Shown one piece after another: positions 57,554-64,000 of a stretch of DNA of 64,000 bases. The notes below the pieces were generated by a model. The model saw only the letters and a list, made by a program, of their open reading frames with translations. It searched no databases and was not told where the DNA came from. The stretch is from positions 3,286,001-3,350,000 of the forward strand of contig OZ361259.1 in NCBI GenBank assembly GCA_977018835.1, in the 5' to 3' direction. The stretch comes from Minutocellus sp. GHC0000111. Lineage: Eukaryota. Position 1 is the stretch's first letter, and every line of letters starts with the position of its first letter. A program made the position numbers and the translations under genes.

Positions 57554-58512
57554 CTATTCCACGGCATGATACCCGCAAAGTGGGGCTTCCGCCACCTTTA
57601 GCTCGCGAACGGTGGCCGTTTCCAAATGTGGCAGCGTTCTGTGCAACGATCCGTCCATCTTCTTGAAGCCCGTCTGCAGTATTTGCAATACGTCGCCGTG
57701 GGCACATAGAATGCATTTATACTTCTTCTCTCCTTCGCTTGCCTTTGTCAATTCTTGGTCAATATCCAGCACAAGCTTGGTTGTTCGTTCGACCACACTG
57801 TACACACTCTCCACATCAAACTCATTTTGTGTTGGATCTTTGATATCAATGTCCCAAACATCCTGGTATCTGTCATCACTCCCTCCATTCAATGTGCCGA
57901 AGTTCCTTTCCCTAAGCTTGGTCTCGAGCACAACGCCATCCTTGTACAAGGGGATGGATGATGACATGCACGCATCGGCCATATGCTGGGCGGTCTCTCT
58001 GGCACGCTTAAAGTCGGATGAAAATATTGCGACGCCACAATATTCATCGTTTCCTTCACCACCATCGCCATTATCGTTGTCGGCATGAAACTGCTCGGCG
58101 AATAGTTTGCCGGCCTCACGTGCCTGCTCATGCCCAAAGTCGCTCAGACCATGCTCTACCGTCGATATGGCCGGATCAGAAGAAATGATTTTGGCAACGT
58201 TGGCCAACGATTGTCCATGTCGTAGGGCAGAATAGGAATGGCGCAGCGAGCCATCTTGACCTGTGGCTGGTATAGACAGCAGGTGGTTGGGCTGCTCGGC
58301 CGACGTGGAGAATGCAGCAGCTGTCATTCGAGCGGCATGCTGATATCTGGCAACGGAAGATCTACCCAGAGTGATGATGGAAGCTCTGCCTAACGCACTG
58401 CAAGCAAAGGGGGTAGAAGTAGACAGGGCTGCCGCCAGGGTTGGTGCTGCTGCCGTCATTATTCTCATCATCGCCGTTCGTTCCATCCGCCATGCCGATA
58501 TGCCATGCCGGC
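57554..58512 (-). CDS. Histidine phosphatase / phosphoglycerate-mutase-family protein; 5' end interrupted by the transposon
   Basis: LRHGQS, SSDFKRARETA, LRERNFG, AHGD motifs. Remaining in-frame ATGs in MERTAMMRIM. Confidence 0.85.
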
Positions 58513-59214
58513 CAAGAGCACATAACAAAAAATAGGTGGTGCACGCATGGCAGAAAGCAAGGGAAAAATTCCACCATGTTTGGCACTCTTTTTTTGGGTG
58601 ATTGTGGATGACGTTAATTTCTGGCCCAAGCGCGCATCTTTCATCTTCAACGCGCACCGCGCAAATAATACTAGGCCTACTACGCCATAAGCCGAAGGGC
58701 TGCTTCGTCGTGTCGCCCACATCCCCCTTCCGGCGGAACGAGCCGCCATGGCGTGCAGGTGCCCTCTTGCGTGGTGCCTGCAACAAGTACGCCGATCCGG
58801 CGGCGTCGTTGCCTAAGCAAATGGGCGATTGCTTGCCCACCGTCAGCGCGAGCTGCCGCTGCCGCCCCCTCCCGTCGTACTTATTGCCGCCAACTGGCAT
58901 GTCCGGTGCTTTTGTATTGATCAACCCATCGGTTCCGGCGTGCTGCCCATCGAGATGTGAGAAACATTCTGTTCGTGAATTTATTCATGTGAGGGCATCT
59001 ATGGACGGTTCTTGGCTGGGCATCATGTATTCATTCTCCCGAATCATACTGAGTTCAGCTGGTAATGGTAGCACGGTCAACAATGGCGGCAGCCGATGTG
59101 GCCGACAAGGGACCTTGCGTCCGTATCTTGTCAGCCCCTTTTGCCGCTGGAGTCACCCGCTTTCCATTTCTTGCTTTGCTAAGTTTGTGTACAGATACGA
59201 ATATGTACATTATT

Positions 59215-62200
59215 TTATGTGCATTTTTCAACATCTCCCTCAAAATCTAACTTCTTCTTTGCTCCACTTGTCGCCTTCAATTTTGCTCGCAAGGCCATGT
59301 CGGCTTTATCAATCTGCTGCTCATTGTATCGTCGCGTCGCTTCTCCAGCGCGTGCATGGGAGGCTTTCTTGACAATCTTGGTGAATATTATCTTCTTTTC
59401 GCCTTCCGGTAGGTCAATATCGTTTTCTGCTTTGTTGAATAGTCCCCACAAGTCTTCGTCGCTGATGATGGTCTTGTATTCTCCTTGATTGCCTCTTTGC
59501 CGACTTCTTCGATGGTCTTTTCATTCACTAATTCCCTTGTTCTTTTCATTACCATCCTTCCAAAGGGCACATATTGGGGGGCCAGGAGGAATAGGCCACC
59601 GCGATTTCGTATCTGGTCGATTGGAGCGTAATATTTCTGTAAGTATCCTGCGTCTTTTATTGCTTCGCGATGCAACAGTCTCATTGATTTCACATGCAGC
59701 ACTGCCTTCCGATCACTGTTCTCACACGTATTTTCATCCTCGTCTTCGTTGTCTTCTTCGTAGAAGAAGCTTTCAGAGTCTTGCCACTTCTCACGATATT
59801 GATCGAGCACTTCTTTCATGGCCCAACCGACGAAGTTGGTTACTTCCGAATTCTCTTCGTCCTGGTCGATGGATCCCTTTGCGTTACCGTTGGTGGTGAT
59901 AGCGGCGGTACTGGAATCACTGGGCGATGTGAAAGTATCGATGATGGCTTCATCAAGCCAATTACTGAAAAGCCGAGCGAGATGTTGCTCCACGATGGCG
60001 GCGGCAAGATGAGACTGGGACAGAGACGCCGGCAGCAGCTTCCGCAGATCTTGAAATTTCTTGCTAGTAATGAAGTCATGCTGGTGCCACCAGAATGACT
60101 GTTTATGGCCGGACTTCTGCATGATGCTCTTGTCTAGTGATGTAAATGCTGTGAGTATCATTTGCTGGCACGCCAAATTGAAGAGCACTTCGTCTTCCTC
60201 ATCTAACGATGCGATTGCTTTGAAACATTTCTCTTCTTCCGTTCCAACGCTCACTCTTGCCATTCCCTCAAATGTTTCGTCATCCAGCAGGTAGTCAGAG
60301 AAGTTGGAATCAATGTTGTATGTCGCCATCGTTTTGTGCAGACTGCGCATGCGCTCGGTGGAGCCAACCGCCGGTTGATCTCCCTCGCCATCCTCATCGT
60401 CGCAAGGAGGAAGTATCGAGATGGATGCCTCTGCCGGCTTCTTTTTCTCGTCTCGCCACGACTTTACCACCAGAGCTCGGCGATCGTCTGTGCGCCCCAT
60501 CACCGACTCCAGACGATTCCATGACACTGCTACCTCCGTGGTGTCGCCTTCGTAGTTTGGGTTGGATTCGTTCATAATCTGGATGCTGTCTTGAGAGTTG
60601 ATGGCTGTTATTGCGGACGGATAGTTGTGGACAGAGTCGCCGCCCAAGTATCGAATGTGTGAGAAGGTAGCTTCAAGCGATGACTGGTTGGCATGGAGGA
60701 ATTTGACGTACGAGGGAGGGTTCGGTAGCAGGAAGACGAGTCGGCAGCATTGAAAGAAGCCGCAAACACCAATCCGAAGGTTTTTGTACGTGGTGGTAGA
60801 AATATAGGACTTTTCCCACGCAGGGTTGCCTTGTTGCTTGAGCTGCAAAGAGGCGAGTCGCCAAGCCTCGAAGTACTCCAAAGCAGACCTAGTCTCTTTC
60901 TCCTTCTCGTCGATGTTGTCTGGGGTGACACTGACCTCGCCATTCAAAAAGTTTTCAATAAAAATAGTCCCGACATGAAAGTTGTACTCTACGTGAGCCA
61001 GGTCTTGCCGTAGCTGTTGAAAGTTGGCGTCGCCTAGGACATTGGAGATTTTGCTAACTTCGCTCGCGTTGTCGGACGACGGAAAGACCGTCGTTCATCC
61101 CGAACGAAGCTCACCATGGTGCCCCCCGCTCTTGACCGCTGCACATTTGCAAGGTAAGACATGGGCATTCCCGAGGCTGGCCGACACCACTGCGCTGCTC
61201 ATGCGAAAGTTTCAGCTTCATTGGACTGTTGTTGCATGAGAAAACATAATTCAAAACAATCAACCTGTGTTTGAGCACGCGAAAAAGGGCCACGGATGAG
61301 AAGTGACACCAAGAGAGCCACAGTCGCCCAATCCACCCAGAATTGCAGAGATGCACGCCTGAGATGTGCATGAAAATGTTTGTTTGGTTGATTGTTGTGT
61401 GTTTGATTCGTGTCCGCCCCCGCATCGGCCGCCAATGAGAGCAAAATTTCGTCCGGCGTCGTCGTTTTTCTCGCGAAACTTTGCCCCCACCCACCAAACA
61501 CATGTTGTGCTTGGAATTTTTGAGCTGCGCCTTCGATGCCACATTTCTACAGGGTGTCTAGATGTGTGGCATTTGCTCAGAATTCTCAATTCTCCCATTC
61601 ATTCCAGAGATTCTTGGGGGCAAAGGTCTGCCGGACGGCGAATTTCGCGTTCTCCCATGCTTCGCCGCGTTGAAAACGGTCGACGGAAAGACGAATGTCC
61701 AGTTTTCGGGTCGAGCGGCTCACCTAAAGCTGGACCAACTCACCACCCTGGGAGAAAAACGCGCCGTGCGGGGCCTCCCTGCAAGCTGGCGAGCTGAGTT
61801 TTGAATCTCACCCAAAATGAAGCCCACCAGGTCGCCGACTGCAGCCGTCTAGTCCAGAGCCAGCTCAGCTGCATCGCCGGCAGCGTCCTTGACAGCCTCC
61901 TTGGCGAGCTCCTCCAAGAGCACTGACCTCGCCGAAGCATGGTCGCTGCCAACAACGTGGTCAGCAGCCGTCTTGAAGAGGTCAAGCATGACGCCATCCT
62001 TCTCGAGGTCAAAAGCGACTTTGCAAGCATCACTCTCCAGCTTTGTCTTGGCGTAGCGCAGGCGGTCCCTGGTGGAGCGGGCAGCTTTCCGTTGGTTCTG
62101 CTGGCGCTCCTTCAGCCTCGTCGGGGTCAGGTGCTTGATCGGAGCTCGGCTGCTGGCGCCGACCTGCTTGGCGCGATTCAGTTGCTTCCTGTTCTCCCGT

Positions 62201-63367
62201 CGGAGGAAGTTTTTCCTTTCAGTCGAGCACGGACCACACAAAATGCCATCCCGCTCGAATTCACCTAAGGAGACCAGCCCACACGAAGCGTCGCCGAACG
62301 ACGGACGGACAAAAATTGACCCAACTCCTTTCTCCTAGCTTAACGCTAGCAAAATGCCGATGGCTGCCCCGCAAAATACGCATTGCTGCCTGACCCTCCT
62401 TGGACGCAACAAATCCCTCTCCTTGCATGCTGTGCATTCGCACCAGTGAAGCAGTCAAGTCGGCGGCGGATGGCAGCACCAAGCCAACCTCGTCGTACAG
62501 CCGAGGATGTTTATCAGGACTGATAGCAGAAAATGCGGTTGCACAGCCATCACACACGTCCACCGGAGCCTCGGAAGTTGCACCAATAAATATCGAACAG
62601 TCCGGGCTCCGCCATGCTCCATCCTTTTGCGTGAAAGAGAAGTATTTGGAACACACTCCACGACCAATGTCTCCAGCTTGCAGCACGCTCAACAACTGAG
62701 GATGGCCACCAATACCGGACCGACACGCATCACAGATTTGCACTACGCCAGATCCATCGCCACCGCCAGCACCGGTGGAACCACCACTAATGCCTGTGGT
62801 GTCACACGCCGGTGTAATCGGAGCGGCCGCCCCATTGCCAACCTTCGCTTTCTTGGGGGTCTTGTGCGTTCCCAAAGGGACCGACGGATGTTGGTCCGCC
62901 TCCAAGAGCCGCTTGACGCTGGCTGCCGACCGAGAGCTTTTGCCACCGAGCACCATCATCAAGGATCGGGACTGATCGATAGTATGGTCTGGAGGCCAGA
63001 AATATTTACCATTGAACTCGTTGATGGCTTCTGCAAAACCGTGTCTCTTTGCAATCTCCGCAGGAACGGGCGTTGTCGGAAAATGGCTCTTGCCGTCTGT
63101 TTCTCCAGCAAAGTATTGAAGCGCGTCAGCAGAGAAATGATGCTTCGCAATCTCGTACCTCTCAACATCAAATTTGAATCCAGATAAAGTGAGATTCTTC
63201 TTCAGAACTGCCTGGTATTTTTTACTCTTGTCACTATCTTTCAATCTGAACTCGAACCCGCCGCTTCTGATGTTGTTGTGAGACTCGTCGATAATGCGAC
63301 GTATCTTGTCGCAATCGTCATGCCTGCACAGGCATTTCCTGGCACCAGCAGGGGTGCCGCTGCTCAT
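59215..63367 (-). pseudogene. P-element/THAP9-like transposase, disrupted (frameshifts ~62328 and ~59480, TAG 61849, central deletion, nested insertion)
   Basis: N-terminal THAP-like KCLCRHDDC...IAKHHF; coiled coil; QNSARQLAGRPRTARFSPRV; C-terminal catalytic-Glu motif HANQSSLEATFSHIRYLGG (compare xNQDxLExxFxxxRxxGG). The central Asp motifs were not found. Confidence 0.78.
61086..61681. mobile_element. Nested ~600-bp non-coding insertion with short TIRs and an 8-10-bp TSD
   Basis: Direct repeat cgacggaaagac at 61077-61088 and 61681-61692. Ends gaccgtcgttca... / ...ttgaaaacggtc are imperfect inverted repeats. Confidence 0.6.
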
Positions 63368-64000
63368 GACCGCGGCAACCAAAGGGCACACGACAGGTGA
63401 TGTGCATCCGCGGTCGATGCTCGCGAAAAGAAGAACCGATGCCGGCCAATAAGTACAATGGAGGGCAAGTTCCGACGCGTGGCGCGTGCGCGCAAAGGAG
63501 GGTTGGAAAATTCGATGTGCGCTCGCGCAAGGCACTTGGGCCAAAATTAACGGATTCCACATTCACCCCAAAAAAAGAGTGCCGAACATGGTGAGCGCAA
63601 AAGCGCGCGCGTGGACCACCCTGTTATTTGTTATTTGCTCTTGATGCCGGCTGCGCGGCAGCATGGCGAAAATGAGCACCCCCCGTTTCTTGAGCTCCCG
63701 AAAATAAGCAAGAAACCCTCATAAGCCGATAGGAACTCCAACGCCTGAGCCACTCATTCAAACCTGATGATAGCCACCACAATGAGGTGCCTTTCGAAGC
63801 GTCCCCTTGCCGCCGCTGCATTCGCTGCTGTAGCATCTGAACCTACGTTAGGGCCCCATGGCCCTTGGCCTCTCGCATCTTGCGTGCAAGCATTTTCTTC
63901 TCCTCCCAGAATAACCAGACTTGCGCGCACGCAACGATGTGTCACAACGTCCACCACTGACGCACGAGACACCGAAGCCCCTAAATTGCCCGACTCGCAT

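Larger units (their letters stand above)
58513..63643 (-). mobile_element. P-superfamily DNA transposon (5131 bp), defective, with 8-bp TSD ATGCCGGC
   Basis: TSD at 58505-58512 and 63644-63651. TIRs CAAGAGCACATAACAAAAAATAGGTGGTGCACGC (58513-58546) and the reverse complement of 63609-63643, CAAGAGCAAATAACAAATAACAGGGTGGTCCACGC. Subterminal inverted repeats 58572-58630 / 63535-63593. Confidence 0.9.

Noticed and set aside
58513..58924. N-terminal ~137 aa of the 456-aa ORF 57554-58924
   Set aside because: It lies inside the transposon end and is a chance in-frame extension, not part of the phosphatase. A TE-initiated fusion transcript cannot be excluded.
1..64000. tRNA/rRNA genes or prokaryotic operon/defence systems
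   Set aside because: None recognised. Gene structure (introns, presequences, no operons) is eukaryotic throughout.

Overview
Gene-dense eukaryotic nuclear DNA, almost certainly a diatom. The evidence is bipartite 'ASAF/AFAP' plastid presequences, an Lhcr-type fucoxanthin-chlorophyll protein, a frustulin-type Cys domain, GT-AG introns and diatom-type Copia integrase residues. About 30 protein genes are present. Many carry 1-nt indels at homopolymers or single in-frame stops, which most simply points to an imperfectly polished long-read assembly. Main non-genic findings: (1) a 5.1-kb P-superfamily DNA transposon (58513-63643) with terminal and subterminal inverted repeats and a perfect 8-bp TSD (ATGCCGGC), inserted into the 5' end of a histidine-phosphatase gene and holding a nested ~600-bp insertion; (2) two TE-centred domains almost free of TpA dinucleotides (21815-22772: 1 TpA in 958 bp; 61057-62265: 7 in ~1.2 kb), where paralog and motif comparisons point to directional TpA->CpA/TpG change, a candidate repeat-targeted hypermutation process opposite in direction to fungal RIP; (3) a degenerate 8-copy tandem array with a 180-198 bp (nucleosome-length) period at 40.65-42.07 kb; (4) a ~320-bp MITE and clusters of TA-rich palindromes in intergenic spacers. 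All counts and alignments were done by eye; no database searches were run.
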